This document shows, piece after piece, positions 28,686 through 39,652 of a DNA stretch of 45,877 nt. Position 1 is the stretch's first letter, and every line of letters starts with the position of its first letter. Position numbers and translations under genes: made by a program. Location of the stretch: NCBI GenBank assembly GCA_026786085.1, contig JAJAYT010000409.1, forward strand, positions 1-45,877, in the 5' to 3' direction. The notes under the pieces were generated by a model, which was not told where the DNA came from, did not search any database, and was given only the letters and a program-made list of their open reading frames with translations. The stretch is from Microcoleus sp. CAN_BIN18 (GTDB taxonomy: Bacteria > Cyanobacteriota > Cyanobacteriia > Cyanobacteriales > Microcoleaceae).

Positions 28686-30316
28686 TCAACCAACCGGAAT
28701 CAAATCCGCATAGGAACTCAACAACTCATCGCCAGTCAAACTATCGGTTTCCTGCTGCGGACTCCAAAGCAACTCAAAAACCAGCAAACTCTCAGCAGGA
28801 GTCGCCGCCGCTCGCTCTAATGCTGCTTTCAATTCCCCAATATCGCGAATGTCTCCAAACAGCGATTTAGTATCGTCGGTGCCAATCAAAAACGTCACTA
28901 CAATATACTCTCCAGGCTCTCGATTGCCATCACTGACAGACTCTTGGCCGCGGATGTCGCCGTTAACGATACTCAGAGTTTCTACACTTAACTTGCTGCG
29001 TTCTTGAATCGAGATTTGATTGAATATTTGCGCCGCTTCCTCCCGACTCGCAACTGTTTGGGAATCGGCAGAAAAGTGAGTCCAACTTTCTGGCGATCGC
29101 AAAACAATCAAAATAGCTTCTTGCAAAAACTCTGCCCTGGTTGTCGCACTTTCTACGTCGAACTTTAACGCCAATTCAGTTAGCTGACTTTGAACTTCGC
29201 GAGCTTCTGCTAACATTGCGACTTGTAACTTGCTGACAGCAAAAAGGCCGGCTTTAAGTTTATCTCCAGACTTTTGTCGATAATAGTAAATACAGTAAGC
29301 TATTAACGCTACACCCGCTCCCGAAACAAACAGCCACAACCAAAACCATCCCCCATCCTGAGATAAAGATGGCGAAATCGTATCGTTGCCATAATTATTT
29401 TTAGGGGTAATTGGTGCTAGATTAACGGCCGGCTGTTGCTCATAACGGATATTTGGCTGACGCTTACCGGGATTGTCAGAAGATGGCGAAATCGTATCGT
29501 TGCCAGAATTCTTTTTAGTGGTAACTGGTGCTGGATTAACGGTAGGCTGTTGCTCATCACGGATATTTGGCTCACTGTTACCGGGATTGTCAGAAGATGG
29601 CGAACTCCTATCTTTGCCAGAATTCTTTTTAGTGGTAATTGGTGCTGGATTAACGGCAGGCTTTTGCTCATAACGGATATTTGGCTGACGCTTACCGGGA
29701 GTGTCTAAAGATGGCCAATTCCTAGGGGGTGGCCAATTATTTTTAGGGGTAACTCGTGGTAAGATTCTTGCGGGCTGTGGATTATAACGGGTTTTTGGCT
29801 GACTTTTACCGGGATTGGAAGGCAATGAAGAACGTGGTACTAACTTATCGGTCTTATCGGTGCGCCGCGGTATAATTACAGTTTTATTCTTTCCCTCATA
29901 TCGGGGAATCCGAGTTTTAGGTGCAACGACAGGTGCAGGTGAAGCCGGCTTTTCAAAAGAGCCACTGCGAACTCTTCCCCAGTTTTTCCACTGGTGCTGG
30001 GACGACTGGGACTGGAACTAGAAGAACTGTCCGATGGGCTTTTGCTGGGGCTGCTGGAATTAGAAGAACTCGAAGAACTCGAAGAACTCGAAGAACTCGA
30101 AGAACTAGGCGAGGTATTGCTAGAACGGCGGTCAATGGAACTAGAAGAACTGGATCGCCCGCCACTACTTCCGTCGCTTTCTCCGCTGCTTCTGGCCAAA
30201 GCTTCCCGGTTAATATTTAACCATTTGCCGCCGCTGCCAGGACTTAAATTGACAGTAACTTCAGCGGCGAGCAAAAAGCCGATCGCCCAACAGCACAAAA
30301 GTTGATTTTTTAGCAT
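28686..30316 (-). pseudogene. DUF1517 family protein split by a 1-nt frameshift
   Basis: N-part has a signal ending ALA-RSSG; C-part has VSKLQVA, LLR.PE.W, ERSKLS.ETL, EYIVVT, ELLWSPQ. One extra G in the G4 run (29977-29980) restores TGGRVRSGSF and a continuous ORF. Confidence 0.75.
29364..29820 (-). repeat. Intragenic 114-bp (38-aa) tandem repeat, about 4 units
   Basis: ccggga anchor at 29467, 29581, 29695, 29809. Confidence 0.85.
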
Positions 30317-30387
30317 AAATTTGTCTGCGAAAAATACAGTGTTAAATCAAGACGGTTAACAGCCAACAGCCCACAGTCCACCATTAA

Positions 30388-31062
30388 TTAATCCGCTAGC
30401 AAATCCGGGCGGCGCGATCGAGTTCTGGCAATTTGCTGTTGCTTGCGCCAGCGAGCAATTTCTGCGTGATTACCAGACAACAACACGTCGGGCACCTTCA
30501 ATCCCCGAAAATCGGCCGGCCGAGTGTACTGCGGATAGTCCAAAAGTCCGTCCTCAAAACTCTCAAACTTCAGCGAATCTTCCTTCGCAACAGTTCCGCG
30601 CAGCAATCGCAAAACCCCATTAATCAAAGCCAAAGCCGGAATTTCGCCGCCAGTGAGTACAAAATCGCCCAGAGATACTTCGCGAGTGACTAAGTGCAGG
30701 ACTCGATCGTCCACACCCTCATAATGACCGCAGATTAACACCAACTGATCGCATTCCGTCGCGAATTCCCGAAACATCGGCTGCTGCATCGGTTCCCCTT
30801 GCGGAGTCAGCAAAATCACCTCCCGCCTCGGCAAAATCGGCAGCGACTCCACCGCCGCAAAAATCGGTTCCGGCTTCATCAGCATCCCCACTCCACCTCC
30901 GTAAGGCTCGTCATCGACTCGATGGTGCTTGTCTGTGGTAAAATTGCGGGGATTGACAAAATTTACCTCAGCAATATTTTTAGCTAAGGCTTTGCCCATC
31001 AGTCCAGACTCCAAGGGAGCCCGGAAAAAATCTGGAAACAGGGTAACAACGTCAAATCGCAC
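30388..31062 (-). CDS. trmD: tRNA (guanine-N1)-methyltransferase
   Basis: VDDEPYGGGVGM, CGHYEGVD, SLGDFVLTGGE, YPQYTRP, LSGNH. Confidence 0.98.
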   Translation of the reverse strand: MRFDVVTLFPDFFRAPLESGLMGKALAKNIAEVNFVNPRNFTTDKHHRVDDEPYGGGVGMLMKPEPIFAAVESLPILPRREVILLTPQGEPMQQPMFREFATECDQLVLICGHYEGVDDRVLHLVTREVSLGDFVLTGGEIPALALINGVLRLLRGTVAKEDSLKFESFEDGLLDYPQYTRPADFRGLKVPDVLLSGNHAEIARWRKQQQIARTRSRRPDLLAD

Positions 31063-31399
31063 AATAATTAGAATTTATTAATACATCACCTCTAGTTTGA
31101 CCGCTAGAGGGAGATCGGTTTTCGGTAATTGCTTTATTTTTGATAATTTCTTATAATTTTTAAGCATTTTGGCAATTTAAATTCTCTTCCTTTGTCTGCG
31201 GGCCGGTATTATTATACAAAAACAATCTGTTCTCACAGGCGGCGGCTGCGAAAGTAAACTCGCCCCCAAACAACTGAGGGATTGCGCGCCGGACACGATC
31301 GCACCTGACTCTCCCCAAAAATATTCACTGTTAAAAAGCCCCATTGTATCTACAGCCACGGCAAAATTAAATTTCACATCCACCAGAGGAAGAAACACC

Positions 31400-32293
31400 A
31401 TGCAGCAGTTGACATCTCAAGCCCTTGAACACAATCTTCCCCACCGCCCAAAAACCTCAATTATGGTCATCGGGGGGGCCGAAGACAAAGTTCACGGGCG
31501 AGAGATTCTGAATACCTTTTTTTGCCGTTCTGGGGGTACAAACGCTCGGCTGGCGATCGTGCCCTGCGCTTCGCGAGATCCCGAAGGAATTAGCAACCGC
31601 TACCGCGCGATATTTGACGAAATGGGCGTTAGCGCTGTCAAAGTAGTTGATATCCGCGAACGCGAACAAGCCGAAAACCCCGTCTGGAAAGATTATTTAG
31701 AAGACTGTACGGGCGTATTCATCACAGGTGGCGACCAACTGCGACTCTGCGGACTGCTGGCGGACACCCCGCTAATGGAGAAAATTCGCAAAGAAGCTCT
31801 CGAAGGCAAGATTACCCTCGCCGGCACTAGCGCGGGTGCTGCGGTGATGGGATATCACATGATTGCAGGCGGCGGGAGTGGTGCGTCACCGAACCGCTCT
31901 TTAGTAGACATGGCAAACGGACTTAACATTATTCCAGAGATCATCGTAGACCAGCATTTTCACAACCGCAACCGCATGGCTCGCTTGCTGTCGGCTGTGG
32001 CTTCTCATCCCGATCGGCTCGCTATTGGTATTGATGAAGACACCTGCGCTTTGTTTGAGGGAGACGATACTATGAAAGTTCTCGGTAAAGGCACTGTAAC
32101 TATTGTTGATTCTAGGGAAAACTTTTATACCAATGAGTCTCTAATAGGAGCGACAGAACCCTTAAGTCTGTTCAATATGCGCTTGCACGTCTTGTGTCAC
32201 GGAGATTGCTACAATATGCCCCAAGGCAAACCGATGCCATTGGCAGCCTGTTCCGAGTCTGACTGGCTCACGGAATGTCGCACAGCCAACTAA
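31400..32293 (+). CDS. cphB: Cyanophycinase
   Basis: IGGAEDK, TGGDQLRL, GTSAGA, DQHF, GIDEDT; upstream of cphA. Confidence 0.96.
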   Translation: MQQLTSQALEHNLPHRPKTSIMVIGGAEDKVHGREILNTFFCRSGGTNARLAIVPCASRDPEGISNRYRAIFDEMGVSAVKVVDIREREQAENPVWKDYLEDCTGVFITGGDQLRLCGLLADTPLMEKIRKEALEGKITLAGTSAGAAVMGYHMIAGGGSGASPNRSLVDMANGLNIIPEIIVDQHFHNRNRMARLLSAVASHPDRLAIGIDEDTCALFEGDDTMKVLGKGTVTIVDSRENFYTNESLIGATEPLSLFNMRLHVLCHGDCYNMPQGKPMPLAACSESDWLTECRTAN

Positions 32294-32396
32294 CGTAGAA
32301 CATTAGAGTCATTGAGAAGGCAGAAATTATGCGGCATTCCGGCCGAATAATGGATACGACAAAAGGATATATTCCGAAACAGCCACAGGCTGACGC

Positions 32397-32583
32397 CAGA
32401 AGGTAGAATTACAGAAAATTCTACCTTCTGAATTCTAGTTTATTTCTGCTGGGCGACCAAAGCACAGGGGATTTAAGCCCCCACCTTTAGGTGGATTGTT
32501 TTTAGGCTGGGGCTTAAATCCCCTGCCTAAAAACTTCGCACTCAACTGTCAACTGTCAACTGTCAACTGTCAACTGTTAACTG
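32397..32583. repeat. cphB-cphA intergenic hairpins and STRR
   Basis: 14-bp IR at 32397-32430; 17-bp IR caggggatttaagcccc at 32465-32525; TCAACTG x6 at 32542-32583. Confidence 0.8.
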
Positions 32584-32755
32584 TACTTCTGTTTAGCCGA
32601 TCGCTGGGATATTAATTTTCAACGCTGGCGGCTCATAACTGGAAATTCAATGCCAAACTGTTCGCTGCGAACAGTCGATCGAGCAATCAAGCTCCAAATT
32701 GAATAAATGCTCCAATTACCTATAAGATTTCGCGCCCCATACCCCTATAACTGCC

Positions 32756-35479
32756 ATGAAAATACTTAAAATCCAGACCTTACGCGGCCCCAACTACTGG
32801 AGCATCCGACGCAACAAACTCGTACTCATGCGTCTGGATTTAGAAGAGTTGGCAGATAAAACCACAGCGCAAATTCCTGGATTCTACGAAGGATTGATTG
32901 CCGCGCTGCCGAGTTTGGACGACCATTTCTGTTCTCCCGGCCATCGGGGAGGCTTCCTGCAACGCGTCCGAGAAGGCACAATGATGGGACACGTAATCGA
33001 ACACGTAGCCCTAGAACTTCAGCAAATGGCAGGAATGCCGGTCGGGTTCGGTCGCACCCGCGAGACGGCGACCCCCGGCACTTACCAAGTAGTAATCGAG
33101 TATCAAAACGAACAAGCAGGTCGCTATGCAACCCGCGCGGGTGTGCGGATGTGCCAAAGCATTGCCGATACTGGCTCTTATCCAGCAGCAGAATTAGTCC
33201 AAGATTTGAGAGACCTCAAAGAGTTTGCTTTGTCGGCAGCCCTCGGGCCGAGCACGGAAACACTGATTAAGGAAGCAGAAGCGCGCGGCATTCCCTGGAT
33301 ACCTTTGAGCGCTCGGTTTATGATTCAACTCGGTTACGGGGTTCACCAAAAGCGGATTCAGGCAACTCTGAGCAACCGCACGGGAGTTTTGGGAGTAGAA
33401 CTAGCCTGCGATAAGGAAGGTACTAAAAATATCCTCGGCGCGGCGGGCGTGCCGGTGCCGAGAGGGACGGTGATTAATTATATGGACGAACTGCGCGGGG
33501 CGATCGAAGATGTCGGCGGTTTTCCGATCGTCCTTAAACCGCTAGATGGCAACCACGGCCGTGGAATTACGATCGACATCAACTCCTGGGAAGTAGCAGA
33601 AGAAGCCTACGACTTAGCCAGCGCCGCCTCGAAAACCAAAAATGTGATTGTTGAGCGCTATTACACCGGCCGTGACCACAGAGTATTAGTCGTCAACGGA
33701 CAAGTGGTAGCAGTCGCAGAACGAGTTCCCGCTAACGTTGTGGGCAATGGTAGGGATACAGTAGAACAGCTCGTTGAAGAAGTAAACCGCGATCCGCAAC
33801 GGGGAGACGGACACGACAATGTGCTCACCAGAATTACGATCGACAAATTGACCCTCGATTTGCTGCAAAAACAAGGCTATGCGATGGACTCCGTATTGCC
33901 CGCCGGCAAAAGAGTCTTCTTGCGCGCGACAGCCAACTTGAGTACCGGTGGCATTGCAGTCGATCGTACCGACGAAATCCACCCCGAAAACGTCTGGCTA
34001 TTTTCCCGAGTCGCCAAAATCATCGGTTTGGACATCGCCGGCATTGACGTAGTAACAGACGATATTTCTGTTCCCCTGCGCGATACGAACGGAGTCATCG
34101 TCGAAGTCAACGCAGCACCGGGTTTCAGAATGCACGTCGCGCCGAGTCAGGGTTTGCCCCGCAACGTCGCCGGCGCAGTCTTCGATATGCTATTCCCATC
34201 GCCTCAACCCAGCCGAGTGCCGATTTTAGCGGTGACGGGAACCAACGGCAAAACTACAACCACTCGCCTGCTGGCTCACATCGTCAAGCAAACTGGTCAA
34301 ATTACCGGCTACACGACTACCGACGGCACTTACATCGGCGATTATTTGGTCAATAGCGGAGATAATACTGGGCCCCAGAGTGCTCAGTTGATTTTGTCCG
34401 ATCCGACGGTGGAAGTGGCGGTGCTGGAAACGGCTAGAGGTGGAATTTTGCGATCGGGCTTGGGCTTCGATCAGTGCGATGTCGGCGTAGTCTTGAACGT
34501 CGCAGCCGATCACTTGGGCATCGGCGATATCGAAACCGTGGAACAACTAGCCAAACTCAAGAGCGTTCTCGTCGAGTCAGTAATGCCCAAAGGCTATGCA
34601 GTTTTGAATGCAGACGACCCGTTGGTAGCACAAATGGCGCAGCGTGTCAAGGCTCAAATTGCATATTTCTCGATGCACCCGGACAACGAATTGGTTGCCA
34701 AACATACCGCTGCGGGCGGGCTGGCTGCGATTTACGAAAATGGCTATTTGTCAATCTTAAAAGGCGATTGGACGCTGAGAATTGAGCAGGCTGTGAACGT
34801 GCCGCTGACAATGGGCGCGCGCGCGCCGTTTATGATTGCTAATGCTTTAGCGGCTTGTTTGGCGGCCTTTGCCCAAGGAGTGAAAATAGAGGACATCCGG
34901 GCAGCTTTGTCAAGCTTCCAAGCATCGGTTGGTCAAACTCCCGGACGGATGAACTTGTTTAATTTGGGTAGCTATCACGCTTTGCTGGACTACGCCCACA
35001 ACCCCCACAGCTACAAAGCTTTGGGCTGTTTCGTGCAGAATTGGCAGGGAATGCGGATCGGGGTAGTTGGTGCGCCAGGGGATAGACGAGATGAAGATTT
35101 TGTGACGCTGGGCAAACTTTCGGCCGATATGTTCGATCGTATTATTGTCAAAGAAGATATTGACAGACGTGGGCGAGAACCCGGTGTGGTGGCCAAGTTA
35201 ATTTGCCAAGGAATTGCAGAGGCGATCGCTGCACGCACCCCCGACAAATCCAAAGTTCAATACGAGTTGATTCTCGACGAAACAATTGCTGTTAACAAAG
35301 CTTTAGACGAAGCACCGACGGGCAGTTTGGTGGTGATTTTACCTGAAGGCGTCACGAAAGCTTTGAGTTTAATTGAAGCCCGGAAGCCGATTCAGGAATC
35401 TGTGGTAAATGCTGCTATTGTCGATCGCATTTCTGAATCGCAGAATAGTTTAAAACCGACAGTGGTAAATCAAGGTTAA
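32756..35479 (+). CDS. cphA: Cyanophycin synthetase
   Basis: LRGPNYWS, EHVALELQ, KPLDGNHGRG, EVNAAPGFRMH, TGTNGKTT, DYAHN. Confidence 0.98.
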   Translation: MKILKIQTLRGPNYWSIRRNKLVLMRLDLEELADKTTAQIPGFYEGLIAALPSLDDHFCSPGHRGGFLQRVREGTMMGHVIEHVALELQQMAGMPVGFGRTRETATPGTYQVVIEYQNEQAGRYATRAGVRMCQSIADTGSYPAAELVQDLRDLKEFALSAALGPSTETLIKEAEARGIPWIPLSARFMIQLGYGVHQKRIQATLSNRTGVLGVELACDKEGTKNILGAAGVPVPRGTVINYMDELRGAIEDVGGFPIVLKPLDGNHGRGITIDINSWEVAEEAYDLASAASKTKNVIVERYYTGRDHRVLVVNGQVVAVAERVPANVVGNGRDTVEQLVEEVNRDPQRGDGHDNVLTRITIDKLTLDLLQKQGYAMDSVLPAGKRVFLRATANLSTGGIAVDRTDEIHPENVWLFSRVAKIIGLDIAGIDVVTDDISVPLRDTNGVIVEVNAAPGFRMHVAPSQGLPRNVAGAVFDMLFPSPQPSRVPILAVTGTNGKTTTTRLLAHIVKQTGQITGYTTTDGTYIGDYLVNSGDNTGPQSAQLILSDPTVEVAVLETARGGILRSGLGFDQCDVGVVLNVAADHLGIGDIETVEQLAKLKSVLVESVMPKGYAVLNADDPLVAQMAQRVKAQIAYFSMHPDNELVAKHTAAGGLAAIYENGYLSILKGDWTLRIEQAVNVPLTMGARAPFMIANALAACLAAFAQGVKIEDIRAALSSFQASVGQTPGRMNLFNLGSYHALLDYAHNPHSYKALGCFVQNWQGMRIGVVGAPGDRRDEDFVTLGKLSADMFDRIIVKEDIDRRGREPGVVAKLICQGIAEAIAARTPDKSKVQYELILDETIAVNKALDEAPTGSLVVILPEGVTKALSLIEARKPIQESVVNAAIVDRISESQNSLKPTVVNQG

Positions 35480-35500
35480 ATTCTGAAGTCTCATTGAATT

Positions 35501-35537
35501 AATAGGTTGGGTTTAACGCAATTAAACCCAACCTATT
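35501..35537. terminator. Perfect 16-bp REP-like hairpin between convergent cphA and hicB
   Basis: aataggttgggtttaa-cgcaa-ttaaacccaacctatt. Confidence 0.65.
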
Positions 35538-35716
35538 TGTTTTAGGAATATTGCTTCACGACTATTAGCAACTTCGAGCCAACCGACCATCGCATCTTTT
35601 AAATTAATTATTACTTCTTCTATCGTGTCCCCTTCAGTTATGCAGCCGGGAAGCGCTGGAACTTCTGCCCAATAGCCACCTTCTTCTGCGGGATGTACGA
35701 TCGCTCTAATTTTCAT
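35522..35716 (-). CDS. hicB: HicB family antitoxin (orphan)
   Basis: IVHPAEEGGYWAEVPALPGCITEGDT.EE. Confidence 0.85.
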   Translation of the reverse strand: MKIRAIVHPAEEGGYWAEVPALPGCITEGDTIEEVIINLKDAMVGWLEVANSREAIFLKQIGWV

Positions 35717-35961
35717 ATATTTATTGAGGTATTAGTCAAGCATATTATAGCAACTATCAATCAATTACAGTTCGGTTAATGCTATTCGTGAGTAGTTGAG
35801 TTTTTAGGGGCGATTCCCTAGGGGATAGCTGAGCGCGCGTACTTTGAATTTGGGATTGCGATCGATTATTTTGATTAAAACTCTTGTGGGGTGGGCTTCC
35901 AGCCCGCCCAAAGCCACAAACTAAATACAGTACAGCTTATCTCCCAGCCACATCTAGACAT

Positions 35962-38900
35962 CTATTTCCAAGGGAAACCCGGTATCACTTCATCTATTTC
36001 AGCCATAATTTGCATTGTCTCTTTCAAAGCAACCACGACGCGCTGATAGTGCAATACATCATCAAAAGATAAACTTCGGCTGGCTTTTTTGCGGTCTTTT
36101 AGCCATTTATCCAATACTTGATATCCGCCCACTTTAAACGCCCACACTTCAGGATAAATACCTTCAAAGTATTGTTGTTTGTTAATATAAACTCGCCGTT
36201 CAGATTCCTTGTAAGTAACTTCACTAACAGCATTATCGCCACTCACAGGATATTTAGTAATGACTTTATTTAATTTTTTTGATTTCATCAAGTGGAGTGC
36301 TACCAATTCCTCACCTTTTTTAGCTAATGCTGTGAAAATTTCCTTGTCGCGAGTTAAGGGTAAGCGGGGAAAGTCTATTTTCAGGAATTCTGCATAACGC
36401 TGGCGGTAGGTAGGACTATGAAAGACAGAATATGCGTAATAAAAGATTGCTTCAGGAGTTGGTGTATAGCCGAGTTTTTCGCGAATCGCCATCAAAAAGT
36501 TTTGAGATAGATTGGGAGTGCGATCGGTGAAGAAATTACCCTGATCGTTTTGAGTATCGGGATAAAGGTAGAGAGAAAATAAGTAGTTAACTTCTTTGAT
36601 AGATACTGTATGATGTTGAATAATTTGTTCAGTACAAAATAAATGAGTCCATTCTTCTATTTCAACGGAACGTGTAGTAGCTAGAGCCAAGTTATCTCCT
36701 TGGAGAACGTGACGCATTACTTCAAAGCGAGGCATACACAGAAAGCCTCTCGTCTTTCCTGTATAGTAGGTGTAGCGTTTGTCAAAAGGACGGTATAAGA
36801 TAGGGACAATCTTAGAATCGTCAAGGTTATTGCTGCGTAAATCATCTTGAGCAAGTGACACTTTCCAATCTCGCGCATCTTTCCCCAGATCGTATTTATT
36901 ACGAGCTTCCTCAACAGGAAGTGATACAAAATCTTTAATTGTATCTTTTACTTCCTCACCTGAAAATTTGATAGTTAGGGAATCCCTAGCAGTTACAATA
37001 CCAACAGAGTGAACAGGCATGATGTCTGTTATTTTCCAGCCTTCGTTATACTCAGTAAGTAAATCGCGATTTTGCGGAACTAATAAATAGAAAGGTGATT
37101 GAGGCTGAAAGTTTGTCCATTCAATTGAATCAATATCGAGCAAATTTAAAGCTTCATATTTAGAAGTTCGACTACCCCACAATTCCCCATGATGAACTTT
37201 TGCAGGAGTAGACTTACCAGGCTCTTTAATAAAAATACCAATACTCACTCCCTGCTGAATATCAAACACATTTTGGTCGGGCGAACCATCAGGAGAAACT
37301 TCTTTCTTTTTAGAATTACCGTGCAAATCTAAAACATAGATATCCGTGAAAGTCTGCATCAAATTTTGACGCATTCCCCGAAACGTGGGATTATCCAGAT
37401 AGCCGTGATTAGTCACAAAAGCCAACACACCAAACCCAGTTTGACTAATGCGCCACTGTCCGAAACGAATAAATTTTACATAATCATCTTGCAGCCATTT
37501 AGGATTGCGCTCATTGAGCGGGACACCATCAACATAATAGTAATCTTTGACTAATCCTGCTATCCATTCACTTTTATTAGCAGAATGTCCAGAATAAGGC
37601 GGATTTCCCAACACAACCATTACCGGAAAATCCCGCTTAATTGCTGAAGCTTCATTAGCTTCTTGTGCCACAAATTGAGCAAACAAAACCTCCGATTGTT
37701 TCAAAGCTTCATCTAAAGTATTCGTAAGATAAACTCCTAAACGCTGCTTACTGCTAAACTCATAGCCGAGGTTTTGCAGTTGTAAACCGAGTTTGAGATG
37801 GGCGATCGCATAGGGAGCCATTAACAACTCAAAACCAAACAATCGGTTTAACAAATTCTCCTGCACGTATTGATTCCAACTCCCAGATATTCCCATATCT
37901 TCCAGATTTTGATAAATGCGATCGACAACTCCGTAAAGGAAAGTACCCGTACCCGTTGCCGGATCTAAAATTTGCACTCGCGGCTTTTGCGTGTCTGGAT
38001 TTTTTGTATTGTCGGCTAATCCTAAAGGCAAATTAAAACAATTTTTTAGGATAGAATCGACAGAGCGAACAATAAATGATACGACGGGTTCAGGAGTGTA
38101 GTAAACGCCGCGACTTTTCCGCAAAGCTGGATTGTAAGCTGCTAGAAACGTTTCGTAAAAATGAACGACTGGATCGGATTGGCGAGTGCGACGACCAAAG
38201 TTTTCGAGAATAACAGTCATGTCAACTCGCCCTAGTAGCTCGACTAAATCATCTATTGCCCAGTTGATTGAACCGAGTAAATCTGTTTCGATAATGCTGT
38301 TAAATAACCGTCGTAAAAACGGATTAGTGGCTGGGATGTATGTGCCCGCTGTCCGGCGATCGAAAATTTGATTGCCGGGATTTTGAGCGTGACCAACTCG
38401 CGCTGCAAATAAACCATAGGAAATAGTTTGAGCGTACATATCTGCAAATGCCGTATCGTCGAGATCGGGCAGCAGTATTTCATTAAAACCGCGTTTTAGT
38501 TGATGCAATTCTCCGCTTTCATTTTCTATTTGCAAAGCTGATTCTGTAGCGAGTCGAATTGATTTGGTTAATCGCGCCATCTGTTTTGCTAAGTCTTCTG
38601 GACTGTTAATTGCAGCAGCGCTGTAGTTAAGAAATCCTTCGATTAACTCAATGGTTTTGTCAGGGTTGCAGAGTGTAATTTCGTTGCCTGTTCTTTGGGC
38701 TAAAACTGCGGCTAATCTGACTTTGCCCTCAACATACCAGCGAAACTCTAGATAATTGGTTAGAATTAAGTTACCGTTTAGAGATTCTCGATATCGCTGA
38801 AGCTGTTCTGTTTTTTCAACGGGATTCAAATCTAATCCAACATCCTTAGCTTCCACATAACCGACGAGCAAATCGCGCCGTCTGATGGTAAAATCGGGAA

Positions 38901-39048
38901 CGCCTGCTTTATTACCTTTTTCTTCTATGATTGCTTCGAGACTAGCAGCTTGGTTGTCGAGTAAATTCTTGATTGTTGGGTAATGGGTGCGCTCGCTGCC
39001 CCGCTGGAGATTGTTCTGAATTGACTGGATGTAGGTATCAAAACGCAT
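35962..39048 (-). CDS. Type IIG/IIL-like fused restriction-modification enzyme (N6-adenine MTase with Type ISP-like C-terminal specificity domain)
   Basis: N-terminal PDF..GYVEAK nuclease motif; GVYYTP, ILDPATGTGTF (motif I), GNPPY (motif IV), YRPFD.R, GGYQVL.KWLKDRK; no helicase motifs seen. Confidence 0.88.
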   Translation of the reverse strand: MRFDTYIQSIQNNLQRGSERTHYPTIKNLLDNQAASLEAIIEEKGNKAGVPDFTIRRRDLLVGYVEAKDVGLDLNPVEKTEQLQRYRESLNGNLILTNYLEFRWYVEGKVRLAAVLAQRTGNEITLCNPDKTIELIEGFLNYSAAAINSPEDLAKQMARLTKSIRLATESALQIENESGELHQLKRGFNEILLPDLDDTAFADMYAQTISYGLFAARVGHAQNPGNQIFDRRTAGTYIPATNPFLRRLFNSIIETDLLGSINWAIDDLVELLGRVDMTVILENFGRRTRQSDPVVHFYETFLAAYNPALRKSRGVYYTPEPVVSFIVRSVDSILKNCFNLPLGLADNTKNPDTQKPRVQILDPATGTGTFLYGVVDRIYQNLEDMGISGSWNQYVQENLLNRLFGFELLMAPYAIAHLKLGLQLQNLGYEFSSKQRLGVYLTNTLDEALKQSEVLFAQFVAQEANEASAIKRDFPVMVVLGNPPYSGHSANKSEWIAGLVKDYYYVDGVPLNERNPKWLQDDYVKFIRFGQWRISQTGFGVLAFVTNHGYLDNPTFRGMRQNLMQTFTDIYVLDLHGNSKKKEVSPDGSPDQNVFDIQQGVSIGIFIKEPGKSTPAKVHHGELWGSRTSKYEALNLLDIDSIEWTNFQPQSPFYLLVPQNRDLLTEYNEGWKITDIMPVHSVGIVTARDSLTIKFSGEEVKDTIKDFVSLPVEEARNKYDLGKDARDWKVSLAQDDLRSNNLDDSKIVPILYRPFDKRYTYYTGKTRGFLCMPRFEVMRHVLQGDNLALATTRSVEIEEWTHLFCTEQIIQHHTVSIKEVNYLFSLYLYPDTQNDQGNFFTDRTPNLSQNFLMAIREKLGYTPTPEAIFYYAYSVFHSPTYRQRYAEFLKIDFPRLPLTRDKEIFTALAKKGEELVALHLMKSKKLNKVITKYPVSGDNAVSEVTYKESERRVYINKQQYFEGIYPEVWAFKVGGYQVLDKWLKDRKKASRSLSFDDVLHYQRVVVALKETMQIMAEIDEVIPGFPWK

Positions 39049-39096
39049 TGGCTTCGTCGTTAACGGTATTGATAATTATATAACGGTAAGTGCGGC

Positions 39097-39213
39097 GCGA
39101 TCGCCCTTCCAACCACCAATCTAACTAAATTGCGTGTATACGCAAGCGTGGCTTCCCATCAGGGTAGCGCAGGTATCGAGTAGAGAATCGCCTATAATAG
39201 AGTCAAAGCCCCT
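39097..39213 (+). repeat. 117-bp direct repeat, copy 1 (starts at HIP1, contains TATAAT)
   Basis: 115/117 identical to 40098-40214 by eye. Confidence 0.9.
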
Positions 39214-39238
39214 CTAATTTAACACAGGGATTTATCTT

Positions 39239-39652
39239 ATGACTATAGCTAAGGAAGTTGTACATCATAGCAGTAGCAACAATAATGGCTCGGATTTTAC
39301 TATCACTCTCAAACGTCTCGTCGAACTTTATGAAGGAGATGATGATGAAGATGAATACGGCACCTTAAAACCCAGCGATCGCGCTTTTAAAGCAGCAGTT
39401 AATTTGGTTATAGAAGCACATTCTCTGATGGGAATAACATTTCCCAAAGCATCAGCTTGTACTGACCATCAAGGCGGGGTTAGCCTAACTTGGACAAGTA
39501 TACAGCCAGCTCGTAAAGTCCGCTTATTTTGTCCCTTTACTGACGAACAGTCAATTCGCATTTATCATCGCCAAGATGATGAACACGGTTCAGAAAACTT
39601 AATCTCCGCAGCAACGTTAGTCGATCGGCTAAACTGGTTTAATCGAGTATGA
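39239..39652 (+). CDS. Hypothetical protein (putative antitoxin/partner)
   Basis: 137-aa ORF after TATAAT; acidic patch; PS..A..A....P....D..GGV.L.W pattern; ATGA coupling to the next gene. Confidence 0.75.
   Translation: MTIAKEVVHHSSSNNNGSDFTITLKRLVELYEGDDDEDEYGTLKPSDRAFKAAVNLVIEAHSLMGITFPKASACTDHQGGVSLTWTSIQPARKVRLFCPFTDEQSIRIYHRQDDEHGSENLISAATLVDRLNWFNRV

Noticed and set aside
29975-29992. Programmed -1 ribosomal frameshift in the DUF1517 gene
   Set aside because: GGAAAAAC has only five A's and is not a canonical X XXY YYZ slippery site in frame; a simple indel explains it better
29417-30305. Several overlapping short ORFs with LEE, RRT or VLR repeats
   Set aside because: They are alternate-frame readings of the Ser-rich and 114-bp repeats of the DUF1517 gene
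31177-31400. NtcA site or sRNA upstream of cphB
   Set aside because: The closest match, GTA-N6-TAC near 31206, has the wrong spacing for GTA-N8-TAC, and no convincing RNA structure was found
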